Source: an uncultured Spirochaetota bacterium (GTDB lineage Bacteria > Spirochaetota > Spirochaetia > SZUA-6 > Fen-1364). From it: a stretch of DNA of 64,000 bases. Positions 23,387 through 32,363 of this stretch are shown here, piece by piece; position 1 is the first letter of the stretch, and every line of letters begins with the position of its first letter. The position numbers and the translations under genes were made by a program. The stretch lies in the NCBI GenBank assembly GCA_963734545.1, contig CAVTHO010000009.1, positions 128,001 to 192,000 on the forward strand, written 5' to 3'. The notes beneath the pieces are model-generated. The model was not told where the DNA came from. It saw nothing but the letters and a program-made list of their open reading frames with translations, and ran no database searches.

Positions 23387-24337
23387 GTGCCAGGCGGTCA
23401 TGAACGGGAAAGCGCGGGCCACGCCTCCGCGGTACGGGCCTACTACGAGAGCAACACGCGGCTCTTTCTTGCGCTCGGCATCGGCAGGCGGACGCTCGCC
23501 ATCCGGCGGGCCGTGTGGGCGGATGGGGTGGATGATCTCGCCGCGGCCGTGAACTACGTAAACGGCCTTGTTGCGGCCGAAGCGAGGCTGGCCGCGACAA
23601 AGGACGGCGCGCTTCGGATTCTCGATATCGGCTGCGGTGTCGGAGGCAGCCTGCTCTTCCTTGCCGGCGCGGTGAATACGCCGCTCCAGGGGATCGGCGT
23701 CACCATCAGCCCGCGGCAAGCCGTCATTGCACGAAGACAGGCGCGCATCCGGGGGCTTTCCTCAAGGTGCTCTTTCATCGCGGCGGATTTCGCGCGCCTC
23801 ACCGGTCTTCCCCGGTTCCCTCTCTCCTTCGCCATCGAGTCATTCGTCCATTTCACCGCGCCGGCAGAGTTCTTCACCGCGGCGGCAAGATCGCTTGCGC
23901 CGGGAGGACGTCTGATGGTGATCGACGATTTCCTCGCCGGTGACCGGCATTCGCCCAGGGAACGCGGGCTTGTCAGTGCCTTCCGGCAGGGGTGGCTTCT
24001 GCCTTCGCTCTGCACGGTCAGGCGCGCGGTCCAGTGCGGCGCTGAATGCGGCATGCGCCTGGTGGAAGATCGCGACCTGAGCAGTTTCCTTTCCCGAAAA
24101 CCCGCAGGCTCGCGGATAGGAAAACCCGCAGGCTCGCGGATGGGAAAACCCGCAGGCTCGCGGATGGGAAAACCCGCAAGCTCGCGGATGGGTTGGTGGG
24201 CCGTGCGCGTCATGCGCGCGCTTCCCGTGCCGTGGCCTTACTGGAGAAGCACGATGGGAAGCCTCGCCCTGGAAGCCTGCAGGCGGGCAGGGCTGGTCGA
24301 ATACCATGTCCTCGTGTTCGAGAACCAGCGGGCATGA
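23387..24337 (+). CDS. SAM-dependent methyltransferase (tocopherol/sterol/CFA-like) with internal 8-aa tandem repeat
   Basis: 'ILDIGCGVGG', 'GVTISPRQ', 'IESFVH', 'LAPGGRL'. Confidence 0.82.
   Translation: MPGGHERESAGHASAVRAYYESNTRLFLALGIGRRTLAIRRAVWADGVDDLAAAVNYVNGLVAAEARLAATKDGALRILDIGCGVGGSLLFLAGAVNTPLQGIGVTISPRQAVIARRQARIRGLSSRCSFIAADFARLTGLPRFPLSFAIESFVHFTAPAEFFTAAARSLAPGGRLMVIDDFLAGDRHSPRERGLVSAFRQGWLLPSLCTVRRAVQCGAECGMRLVEDRDLSSFLSRKPAGSRIGKPAGSRMGKPAGSRMGKPASSRMGWWAVRVMRALPVPWPYWRSTMGSLALEACRRAGLVEYHVLVFENQRA
24097..24192 (+). repeat. 4 x 24-bp in-frame tandem repeat (KPAGSR[I/M]G)
   Basis: aaaacccgcaggctcgcggatagg / ..atggg / ..atggg / aaaacccgcaagctcgcggatggg, contiguous. Confidence 0.95.
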
Positions 24338-24338
24338 C

Positions 24339-24962
24339 ATGCGCCGCCTCATGACGGCAGCAGCCTGGAGCGGAATAGCAGGGCCGATCCTCTTCGCCGG
24401 CGCGCTGGCCGTCCTCTCATTCGTGGAGCAGGACTTCATGCGCACCCTTGGCTGGGAGCCGCTCACCGCGGCCACTCGTGACTGGCCCAGCGGCCTGGCC
24501 CTGGGTCCCGGGGGCATTGTCATGACCGCGGCGTTCGTCGCATGCGGGCTGCTCCTCGTGCTCTTCGCGGCCGGACTCCGGCGGGCGTTTCCTGCCGCCC
24601 CCGTCTCGGCCCTTGCCGCTATTTTCATGGCCCTGGCTGGATTGGCCATGAGCTTTCTCGCGTTCTCCACCGACCCCACGAACAGCCAGGGACCCGCCAC
24701 CCTGCACGGCCGCATCCACGATGCGGCCTTTATTGCTCTCGGTGCAACGCTTCTTGTATCGCTCGTGGCCTTTGGTTTCGTATTCCGCACGGACAGGAAG
24801 TGGAGCGCGAATGCGGTCATCTCGTGGGTGACGGCGGCGTTGATCGTCCCGTCATTCACGGCCAAGGGAATCGTCTTCTACTTCTTTCTTGCCTCGTACC
24901 TGGTCTGGTGTGAGGCGGCTGCCGTCCGCCTCCTGCGACGCATCGGCGCTCCGCCTACTTGA
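24339..24962 (+). CDS. DUF998-family membrane protein
   Basis: Five hydrophobic helices; 'SGLALGPGG', 'FSTDP...TLHGRIH'. Confidence 0.7.
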   Translation: MRRLMTAAAWSGIAGPILFAGALAVLSFVEQDFMRTLGWEPLTAATRDWPSGLALGPGGIVMTAAFVACGLLLVLFAAGLRRAFPAAPVSALAAIFMALAGLAMSFLAFSTDPTNSQGPATLHGRIHDAAFIALGATLLVSLVAFGFVFRTDRKWSANAVISWVTAALIVPSFTAKGIVFYFFLASYLVWCEAAAVRLLRRIGAPPT

Positions 24963-25557
24963 ACATGTCCACCGTGTCCTGCTTCTTCCTTGCCTGCGCA
25001 TAGGCAGCGTCGACCTCTTCGTCCTCGAGATATCTGCGGAGATCCGCCGCCTGCTCGGTGGTGAACACGATCTGGTCGCTGCTGGCAAAGGCTGCGGCGG
25101 TCCGCATGACAAGCGTGATGCGCAGCGCGTCTGCGCCCTCCAGCCGCGCGCTGAAAACGAGCTTGACCTCGCGCGTGCCCTGCGCATCCCATCCCTCGCC
25201 GCGGCGGAACATCTGCGCAAGGTCGATCGTGGTGATCTCACGGGTGATTTCCACGTTGTTGTCCATCGCGAGCCGCGCCCACTCCTGGAACTTCGCAACG
25301 GCTTCACGGAGGGAGGCACGCGCGGGACCTTCCACGATCATCCCGTATCGCGGCGCGGAGCTGCCGAAAAGATTCTGTACGCTGATGGCAATGATCCCCG
25401 GGTTGTCGGCAAAGGCGAGGAATGTGAGGCCCCGCCTGCTGTCCTTGATCTGGCCGTAGACCACCGACTGGCCGGTCGGGACCGGGCTCCAGGGAGGCAG
25501 GCTCGAACAGCCGGCAATCAGAACCAAGAGAAGGACAAAGACGAACGACTTACGCAT
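24955..25557 (-). CDS. Putative lipoprotein, unknown function
   Basis: Lipoprotein signal MRKSFVFVLLLVLIAG-C. Confidence 0.65.
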   Translation of the reverse strand: MRKSFVFVLLLVLIAGCSSLPPWSPVPTGQSVVYGQIKDSRRGLTFLAFADNPGIIAISVQNLFGSSAPRYGMIVEGPARASLREAVAKFQEWARLAMDNNVEITREITTIDLAQMFRRGEGWDAQGTREVKLVFSARLEGADALRITLVMRTAAAFASSDQIVFTTEQAADLRRYLEDEEVDAAYAQARKKQDTVDMFK

Positions 25558-25560
25558 TGC

Positions 25561-27207
25561 TCACTCCCGCTCCAGCTCGATCTGCTCCAGAATCGCCTCG
25601 CAGGGCCCCCGGCCGGACCATCGGGGCTCGATTGCGGCGATGCCTTGTTCGATGGAGAGCTCGGTGGCTACCGGCTGCGGGGAGCTGCCGGTGGCGGGAG
25701 AGGCCGCTCCGTAGCTCCAGTCCGCAACAGCGCCTTTGCCGTCGTACGCGACGACTTCCAGGCTCACCGAACCCGAAGGACTCGGGACAGCCGCCGGAAT
25801 CACGACTGCCCGCGCTGCCAGCCGGAGCTTCTCTCCCGGCTTGACCGGTATGCGATACCCTGTGCCGAGCGCCCAGTCCCGGGTCCCGCGATGCAGGAGG
25901 TGAACGGCCGTGGGGGCTCCCGCGGCATCATAGTCTATTCGAAGCGTGCCCGCTCCCGGGTCCCGGGTCCACAGCATCCCCCAGTCCTCGATGGGCATGA
26001 TCAGCTTCGGCATCGAGCCTGCATTGAAGCTTTCAAGGGGCACCGGCTCCCGCGCGCTCGTTCCGCTGACCATTTCCAGGCCCAGGGCCTGGAGGCAGCC
26101 GACATCGACGGTACGTCCCTTGAAATGCGCCCTGTCCCGGTAATCCACCATGCCCAATCCCTGGTCGTACTCCCACATCGCCCACCCAATATGCAACACC
26201 TCGAGGCTCGTGCGGACGTCTGAAATCCAGCGCAAACGATCCTCCGCGGGCGCCACCTTCTTGTAGACGCCGAACTCACCGCAGAACACGGGAACGCTGT
26301 GTGAGCTGCCCCAGTCGGCAGCTCGCGAAAGCTCCTTTCGAATCCGGGCCGCGTCCCAGCGCTCCTGGCCATACCAGCGGACCTGCTCGCGCGCTTTCGC
26401 GTCCCGCAGAATGCCGGCCGCCGCCGCAACCGCTTCAGGGCTCGAAGGATACGGGATGCCGGCAAGCTGCTTCTGGATCTCGCCGGTCCACTCGGCGCCC
26501 TGGTGGGTGAAGGTGAAAGGCTCATACCAATGGAAACTGTAGACGACGTTCCCGTCCGCAAGGGGCTTCAGGGCGAGAAGACCATTGATGCCTCCCCATG
26601 ACTCCCCGGTCGCGATGATCGTGCTCTGCGGGGCGCCGCGCCTGATTGCCTCTGCCAGGCGCTCCTGCGCGGGAGGCCACCAGCCGGCGTCTATCTTTTC
26701 CACGGTGGACAGGTGCGGCTCGTTCATGACCTCGAAAAAAACGCGCTCTGTCGAGTAGGCGGCGTATCGGCGCGCAAGGGCTTCCCAGAAGCTTTCGACC
26801 CTGGACCTGAAAGCAGCATCGTGCGCCAGCCTGCTTTCAAAATCGTTGTTCGAGGAGGCGCCGTGAATCGGGTCCACGATCACGGCGAGCCCCGCATCGA
26901 GGGCCATGCGGACGGCTTTGTCCACGTACCGGATGGGGTCCAGAAATGTTTCCGGCACGGCGTCGTTGTAGAGGACTTCGGGCGCAATGGTCAGCCGGAC
27001 GACGCTGATGCCGGTTTCCTTGATCAGGGAGAAGTCGCTCTCCGTGAGCCGGTGTGCGTAGCGTTTCGGGTCGGAGTATGAGGAAAACCAGTTGTCGATA
27101 TTGATGCCGCGTGCAAGGAGCTGCAGCCGGGCAGAGGGAACACCCCCGCTCCAGAGCATTGGCGAGGCGAGAATGGCGAGCACGATCGCAAGAGTAACAC
27201 GCTGCAC
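25561..27207 (-). CDS. Secreted GH5 glycoside hydrolase (cellulase family) with C-terminal beta-sandwich extension
   Basis: Probable GTG start 27207 with signal peptide; 'RGINI', 'EVMNEPH' acid/base, 'YSFHWYEPFTFTHQGA', 'FCGEFG' nucleophile. Confidence 0.85.
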   Translation of the reverse strand: MQRVTLAIVLAILASPMLWSGGVPSARLQLLARGINIDNWFSSYSDPKRYAHRLTESDFSLIKETGISVVRLTIAPEVLYNDAVPETFLDPIRYVDKAVRMALDAGLAVIVDPIHGASSNNDFESRLAHDAAFRSRVESFWEALARRYAAYSTERVFFEVMNEPHLSTVEKIDAGWWPPAQERLAEAIRRGAPQSTIIATGESWGGINGLLALKPLADGNVVYSFHWYEPFTFTHQGAEWTGEIQKQLAGIPYPSSPEAVAAAAGILRDAKAREQVRWYGQERWDAARIRKELSRAADWGSSHSVPVFCGEFGVYKKVAPAEDRLRWISDVRTSLEVLHIGWAMWEYDQGLGMVDYRDRAHFKGRTVDVGCLQALGLEMVSGTSAREPVPLESFNAGSMPKLIMPIEDWGMLWTRDPGAGTLRIDYDAAGAPTAVHLLHRGTRDWALGTGYRIPVKPGEKLRLAARAVVIPAAVPSPSGSVSLEVVAYDGKGAVADWSYGAASPATGSSPQPVATELSIEQGIAAIEPRWSGRGPCEAILEQIELERE

Positions 27208-27332
27208 GGTGACAGGGTATGTCTTCAGACTCGCCCCGGCAAGACCGGTCCGGAAAGTCGGAAAAAACCGGATTCGATTTTCCGTGCTTTCCATTCCGGT
27301 TCTGGTATAATTCACAAAGGATAGGAGATTGC

Positions 27333-27539
27333 ATGGGTGACAAGAGCATGTTCTGTGCCTACCATGCAGAATGTCCGTTTTTCAACGTCGCTGACGCATC
27401 CGAGCTCGTGAAAGTGCTGAGGCACCTGATCTGCCTCCGCACGCATACGAAGTGCGAGATCAGGACAGAGCTGCTGTCCGGCAACAAGGTTCCCGCGGAC
27501 GCGCATCCCAACATACGCCTGGCGAAATGGCTCAACTGA
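27333..27539 (+). CDS. Small Cys-rich protein (68 aa)
   Basis: TGgTATAAT at 27303-311, RBS AGGAG, ATG 27333; C-x5-CPFF..C-x6-C..VP.D..PN. Confidence 0.6.
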   Translation: MGDKSMFCAYHAECPFFNVADASELVKVLRHLICLRTHTKCEIRTELLSGNKVPADAHPNIRLAKWLN

Positions 27540-27586
27540 CAAGAGCCGCCGGGCCGGTCATCCCTTCATAAGCGGACGGCACACAC

Positions 27587-28216
27587 CTACAGCGAGCGGC
27601 AGAACCGGACCATCTCCCGAACCGCCTCGGCCATGTTCTGCGCGTACGTGCGGCCTGAGCTCTTGCGCGGCTTGAACGAGTGGTCCCCGTCTTCCAGATA
27701 TGCCACCCGAATCGCGGCAGACAGCGTGTAGCCGGCAATCTCCTCCCGGGTCCCGAGCGTATCCCGGGTGCCCTGAAGGATAAGCGTGGGGGTCTTGAGA
27801 TCCTTCAGGTGCGCCACTCGAAGACTGGCCGGTCTTCCCGCCGGATGAAACGGGTAGCCCAGGCAGACCAGACCTTTCACACCGAGCCCGTCCGCCACCA
27901 TGCTGGCAATCCGTCCACCCATCGACCTTCCGCCAATCACCAGCTCTGACGGCGAGCCGAGCTGATCCACGACGCCGGCCCAGCAATCCTGCAGCACCTT
28001 CGGCGCATCAGGGGCGGTTCTCCTGCCCGTCTTTCGAAACTCCTGCATGTAGGGGAACTCGAACCTGATCACTTGAATGGACTCACCGACCAGCGCGTGC
28101 GCCATTTCTTCCATGGGCGGAGAGTCCATGAGCGACCCGGCTCCGTGCGCAAGAACCACGCGCAGCCAGGGCTTCCCGGCTTCCGGGGTGTCGATCAGCA
28201 AAGGTACAGTACTCAC
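27587..28216 (-). CDS. Alpha/beta hydrolase (KANL3/Tex30-like)
   Basis: GTG start with GGAGG RBS; 'LAHGAG', 'GGRSMGGR', 'LGYPFHP', 'QGTRD', 'GDHS'. Confidence 0.88.
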   Translation of the reverse strand: MSTVPLLIDTPEAGKPWLRVVLAHGAGSLMDSPPMEEMAHALVGESIQVIRFEFPYMQEFRKTGRRTAPDAPKVLQDCWAGVVDQLGSPSELVIGGRSMGGRIASMVADGLGVKGLVCLGYPFHPAGRPASLRVAHLKDLKTPTLILQGTRDTLGTREEIAGYTLSAAIRVAYLEDGDHSFKPRKSSGRTYAQNMAEAVREMVRFCRSL

Positions 28217-28280
28217 GCAGCCTCCTCCGCGCCTATGGCCCCGGTGCCCGCAGTCACTTACATTGGACTGGGAAACAGGG

Positions 28281-30245
28281 ATGGCTATTGAAGAATATCG
28301 CCGCAAAAGAGACTTCAGCAAAACACCCGAACCCGAACCGGGAAAGCTGGACGTCGGGGGAAACAGGTTCGTCGTCCACCGGCACGAGGCGCGCAACCTC
28401 CACTATGATCTGCGGATCCAGGCGGGAGGGGTCCTGTCCTCCTGGGCCGTGCCGAAAGGATTCTCATACGATCCGGTGGACAAGAGGCTCGCGGTAAGGA
28501 CCGAGGATCATCCGCTCGAGTACACGAGCTTCGAGGGGGCCATTCCGCGCGGCCAGTACGGCGCCGGTACGATGCGCATCTGGGACGTCGGGGAATACGA
28601 GGTGCGGAAAGCCCCCGACATCCATAGAGCAATCGAGAAGGGAGAAATCAAGCTCGAGCTGCGGGGCCGGCGATTGCGCGGGGAATGGCACATGGTGCGC
28701 ACCAAGGGGGGCGAAGGCAGGGACTGGCTGCTTTTCAAGGCCCGGGATCGCTACGCCGGGTCCGGTAGCGACTTGTTCGGAGGCGCGGACATGAGCCGGG
28801 CAATCCAGAGACCGCCGCTCGGCAGGATTGCCCGAATGGAAGCCTCGCCCTGGCCGCTGCCCTTCGATGACCCGGACTGGCTTTTTGAACCGGCGCTGGC
28901 AGGGAAGCGCGTGCGCGCGTCGATCGACGGCCCTTCGGTCAGCATCCGGGCCGGGGCGGAAGACCTTGCCCCGGAGCTGCCGGCCGTTGTGGCGGATCTG
29001 GGGAAAATACGCGCGGAGACGCTGCTCTTCGATGGTGTTGTCGTCACGGGCGAATCAGCGCCTGTTCTGTACGTCTTTGACGTGCTCTACGCCGAAGAAT
29101 GGGACCTGAGGCAGCTCGCGCTCCGGGAGCGCAAGGCCGTCCTCCGTTCGCTCCTGCCGGACCTGAAATGCGTATTCCGGGTCGACCCGGTGGCCGAGCG
29201 CGGCTCGGCGCTCGCACAGGCAGCCGCCGAATCGGGGCTGTCGGCGATTCTGGCCAAGCGCGCGTCGAGCAGATATCAGGCAGGACTCTCGGAGGACTGG
29301 CGGCACATACCGGTTACCGCGGCAAAGACCCGGAACCAGGCCAGGAAGCCTCCCCGCCCGGCCGAGTTTGCAATAACGAATCCCCGCAAGGTGTACTGGC
29401 CCGAGCAGGGATACACGAAAGGGGACCTGCTGGCCTACTACGAGCTGACCGCGGGCTGGCTCCTCCCTTACCTCAAGGACCGCCCCCTGCACATGTACAG
29501 GTGGCCGGATGGAATACGGGGCAAGTCGTTCTATCAGAAGCAGCTCCCCGAGGGAATTCCCGACTGGATCGAGACGGTGGATGTCGCCAAGGCTGGCGAG
29601 GAGCCGACGCACTACATCGTCTGCAACGACCGAAGGACGCTGCTGACCCTCGTGAACCTCGGGACCATAGACATTCATCCCTGGCTTTCCCGCAGGGGCA
29701 GCCTCGATTCTCCGGACTGGGCGATCCTCGACCTGGACCCCAAGGAGGCTCCATTCTCGAATGTGATCAAGGTGGCGCGCGTCGTCGGCAAGCTCCTGCG
29801 GGGGCTCGGCCTCGAGGCCTACCTGAAGACTTCCGGCTCCACCGGGCTGCACGTCTGCATCCCGTTGAAGCCCGGCTACACCTACGAGCAGAGCCGCATG
29901 TTCTGCGAGGCCGTTGCGCGGCTCGTTGTGCGGGACCATGGTGACATCGCGACCGTGGAGCGCGTCATGAGCCGTCGCGGGGGCCGGGTCTACGTGGATT
30001 TCCTTCAGAACCGAAGGGAGCAGACGGTCGTCCCGCCGTACGTGGTGCGGCCGGTGGAAGCTGCGTCGGTCTCGATGCCGCTCGCCTGGGACGAGCTCGA
30101 AGGGGAGCTGCGCATCGAGGACTTCACGCTGGCCACGGCACCCGCGCGCATCGAGAAGACGGGAGACCTTTTTCGCACTGCCCTCGGCAAGGGGCAGGAT
30201 CTTGCGGGGGCCATCGAAGCCCTGGCGCGTTCCCTCGAGGCCTGA
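28281..30245 (+). CDS. ligD: LigD-type NHEJ protein: phosphoesterase + degenerate ligase domain + primase-polymerase
   Basis: PE: 'HRHEARNLHYDLRI', 'SWAVPKG', 'RTEDHPLEY'. Pol: 'YTKGDLLAYY', 'RWPDG', 'LDLDP', 'KTSGSTGLHV'. Middle domain has EPALAGKR in place of ExKxDGxR. Confidence 0.9.
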   Translation: MAIEEYRRKRDFSKTPEPEPGKLDVGGNRFVVHRHEARNLHYDLRIQAGGVLSSWAVPKGFSYDPVDKRLAVRTEDHPLEYTSFEGAIPRGQYGAGTMRIWDVGEYEVRKAPDIHRAIEKGEIKLELRGRRLRGEWHMVRTKGGEGRDWLLFKARDRYAGSGSDLFGGADMSRAIQRPPLGRIARMEASPWPLPFDDPDWLFEPALAGKRVRASIDGPSVSIRAGAEDLAPELPAVVADLGKIRAETLLFDGVVVTGESAPVLYVFDVLYAEEWDLRQLALRERKAVLRSLLPDLKCVFRVDPVAERGSALAQAAAESGLSAILAKRASSRYQAGLSEDWRHIPVTAAKTRNQARKPPRPAEFAITNPRKVYWPEQGYTKGDLLAYYELTAGWLLPYLKDRPLHMYRWPDGIRGKSFYQKQLPEGIPDWIETVDVAKAGEEPTHYIVCNDRRTLLTLVNLGTIDIHPWLSRRGSLDSPDWAILDLDPKEAPFSNVIKVARVVGKLLRGLGLEAYLKTSGSTGLHVCIPLKPGYTYEQSRMFCEAVARLVVRDHGDIATVERVMSRRGGRVYVDFLQNRREQTVVPPYVVRPVEAASVSMPLAWDELEGELRIEDFTLATAPARIEKTGDLFRTALGKGQDLAGAIEALARSLEA

Positions 30246-30262
30246 GCCCGGCCCGGACCGGG

Positions 30263-31474
30263 TCAGTCGTCCGGATCGTCCCTCCCCTTGTACCTGATCA
30301 GGGTGAGGTGCATCTCGCTAGGAAACGCTTTGAGGCATTCCGCTCGATGAGGGAGCGCCTTGTCGTGCTGACCCGTGCGGGAGAATATGATTGCGAGATT
30401 GCAGTGCGCATCCGGATAGCGGGGCTCGAGGGACAGCGCGGTCTGGTAGGCATGGATCCCCTCGTCATGCTTGCCAATTGCCACCAGGCAATTGCCCAGA
30501 TTGTTCCACGCCTCCGCGAAACCACGATCGGCATCGATAGCCTGCAGGTAACGCTCCGCCGCGTCCGCCTCGCGTCCCAGCTCGTAGAGAACATTTCCGA
30601 GGTTGAAGAGCGTTTCCGGATCTGGTTCCGCTTCGAGGGCCCGGCGGTACGCATCCGCTGCCCGCTGAAGATCGCCGCGCTCCTCGGCCTCCACCGCCTC
30701 GGAAAACCACCGGCTGTGGCTCTGGTCGCCTTCCGGGAAGATGGACACGCGGGGAGATGTCATCTCCCGCTCCGTGTCGAAATCCATGAGCCTCTGGCCG
30801 CTGGGCTCGGCCCAGCCTCCATCCAGCAGCCGGATGCGCAGCCCGCTGTCATACGCCTCGAGACGCCCGGCAATCTGTTCTCCATCCGGCACCCACTGGG
30901 CGATCTCGGAGAGGCTCTGGCGCAGCAGCGCGGTGGAGACTCCGGATGCCGTCAGCCGGCCGAGGTTGCGCGCAAGCAGGATGTCCTTGAACTCGAACCA
31001 GGCCAGCCGATTGGCCACGCGCGCGGGAGGGAGCAGCCCTCGGCGCATCCAGCTGCGGACCACGGAAAGGGGCTCGTCCACGATGCGGCCCACCTGGGCC
31101 GCGGTGTACATTCGGGAGATATCGCTCAATTCTCCTTCGGCGCCGATCAAGGCCAGGAACTCGGCCTCGTCCACCAGCCGTATGGGTGCCCCCTGTTTCT
31201 TCAGCTCGCGGAAGCGCAGCATGTTGCGCGCAATACCCCCGTCCGGCGTGAAGTGCCCCGTTGCCTGGCCCGCTATGAGAAGCTCCGTGGTGGTCCCTGG
31301 CTCGCGCACGGGGCGGCCGCCGGCCCGGGTGATCCGCTGGACCGCCTCTGCCCTGTCCATGGAGACCAGACGACCGGTGAGCGCCACTTCCCTGCCGGCG
31401 AGCGATTCCTGAGGCGGCACTTTTTCCCTGCGCGGTACCCCGCGCATTTCTTCTTCCGTCACGACGTCAGGCAT
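30263..31474 (-). CDS. BRCT + MerR-like HTH + TPR protein
   Basis: LigA-like BRCT 'LAGREVALTGRLVSMDRAEAVQRITRAGG..IRLVDEAEFLALI'; HTH 'YTAAQVGRIV..VVRSWMRRGLL'; TPRs 'LFNLGNVLYELG', 'AWNNLGNCL', 'AHCNLA'. Confidence 0.82.
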   Translation of the reverse strand: MPDVVTEEEMRGVPRREKVPPQESLAGREVALTGRLVSMDRAEAVQRITRAGGRPVREPGTTTELLIAGQATGHFTPDGGIARNMLRFRELKKQGAPIRLVDEAEFLALIGAEGELSDISRMYTAAQVGRIVDEPLSVVRSWMRRGLLPPARVANRLAWFEFKDILLARNLGRLTASGVSTALLRQSLSEIAQWVPDGEQIAGRLEAYDSGLRIRLLDGGWAEPSGQRLMDFDTEREMTSPRVSIFPEGDQSHSRWFSEAVEAEERGDLQRAADAYRRALEAEPDPETLFNLGNVLYELGREADAAERYLQAIDADRGFAEAWNNLGNCLVAIGKHDEGIHAYQTALSLEPRYPDAHCNLAIIFSRTGQHDKALPHRAECLKAFPSEMHLTLIRYKGRDDPDD

Positions 31475-32363
31475 CCAGAAGCCCCTCGAACACGGGTGCG
31501 CGAAGCAATCCCGCTGAGGTGAGCTCAGCGAAGCTTACCGCGCAGAACAGGCCCGGCTCAACCCACCTCGCGCGTTCAGGGCAGGACACGAGCGGCGTGT
31601 CTCTCGGCCGCTGTCTCAGGAGCGTGTTGATCCTTTCGCGGACCCCTTCGGTGAAGCCGCCCCCCACTCTCCCGACATAGCGAAGCGCACCTTCCTGCTC
31701 TCCGGGAAGGCCGTTGCTCGCCACGAGCAGGCTCTGGAAGTCATCGCCATCCTTCTCGATATATCCGATGATGGCAACGTGGACCTGGAGCCGCCGCTTG
31801 AACTTCACCCAGGCGCCGTTGCGCTTTCCCGCCGCGTATGTGCTGGAGAGGCGCTTTGCCACGACTCCTTCAAGGCCCTGCTCGCAGGCCATCCGGTACA
31901 GCATCTTTCCTTTGGCGCGGACCCCTTCTGAAAGAATCACGCCCGGACACGGGGAATCCTTCATGATCTCTTCGAGGACCCCGCGCCTTTCGGAGAACGG
32001 CGCGTCGAGCAGGGAGCGGGACGCGCTGTAGAGGACGTCAAACACGACAAAGCTGACCGGCCAGGCGCCGGCACCGTGTCTGCTTTGAAGGACGAGCTCG
32101 AAATCAGGCTTGCCGTCGCGAAGAACAACCAGCTCCCCGTCCAGGACGAGGCCGTCGGGGAGCGCGGCCAGGCCGGCAAGGGACGGGTAGCGCGCGGTGA
32201 TATCCACCCCGTTGCGGCTCACAAGGCGATGCGCGCCGCGCTCCACCAGGGCCTGCGTGCGGATGCCGTCCCACTTGAACTCGAAGAAATGGGCGTCCGA
32301 ATCGAATGGCTGGCCGAGGACGGCGAGCATGGGGGGCACGAACCGGGGAAGCGCCTTATCCAA
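31467..32363 (-). CDS. Stand-alone ATP-dependent DNA ligase (LigD-ligase/LigC-like)
   Basis: Probable TTG start overlapping the Ku stop; intact 'EFKWDGIR', 'LDGELV', 'FDVL', 'EGVVAK', 'WVKFK' and OB domain 'GRVGGGF..LRAPVF'. Confidence 0.88.
   Translation of the reverse strand: MDKALPRFVPPMLAVLGQPFDSDAHFFEFKWDGIRTQALVERGAHRLVSRNGVDITARYPSLAGLAALPDGLVLDGELVVLRDGKPDFELVLQSRHGAGAWPVSFVVFDVLYSASRSLLDAPFSERRGVLEEIMKDSPCPGVILSEGVRAKGKMLYRMACEQGLEGVVAKRLSSTYAAGKRNGAWVKFKRRLQVHVAIIGYIEKDGDDFQSLLVASNGLPGEQEGALRYVGRVGGGFTEGVRERINTLLRQRPRDTPLVSCPERARWVEPGLFCAVSFAELTSAGLLRAPVFEGLLDA

Noticed and set aside
24097-24192. Possible CRISPR array
   Set aside because: The units are contiguous with no unique spacers, lie in frame inside a CDS, and no cas genes are present.
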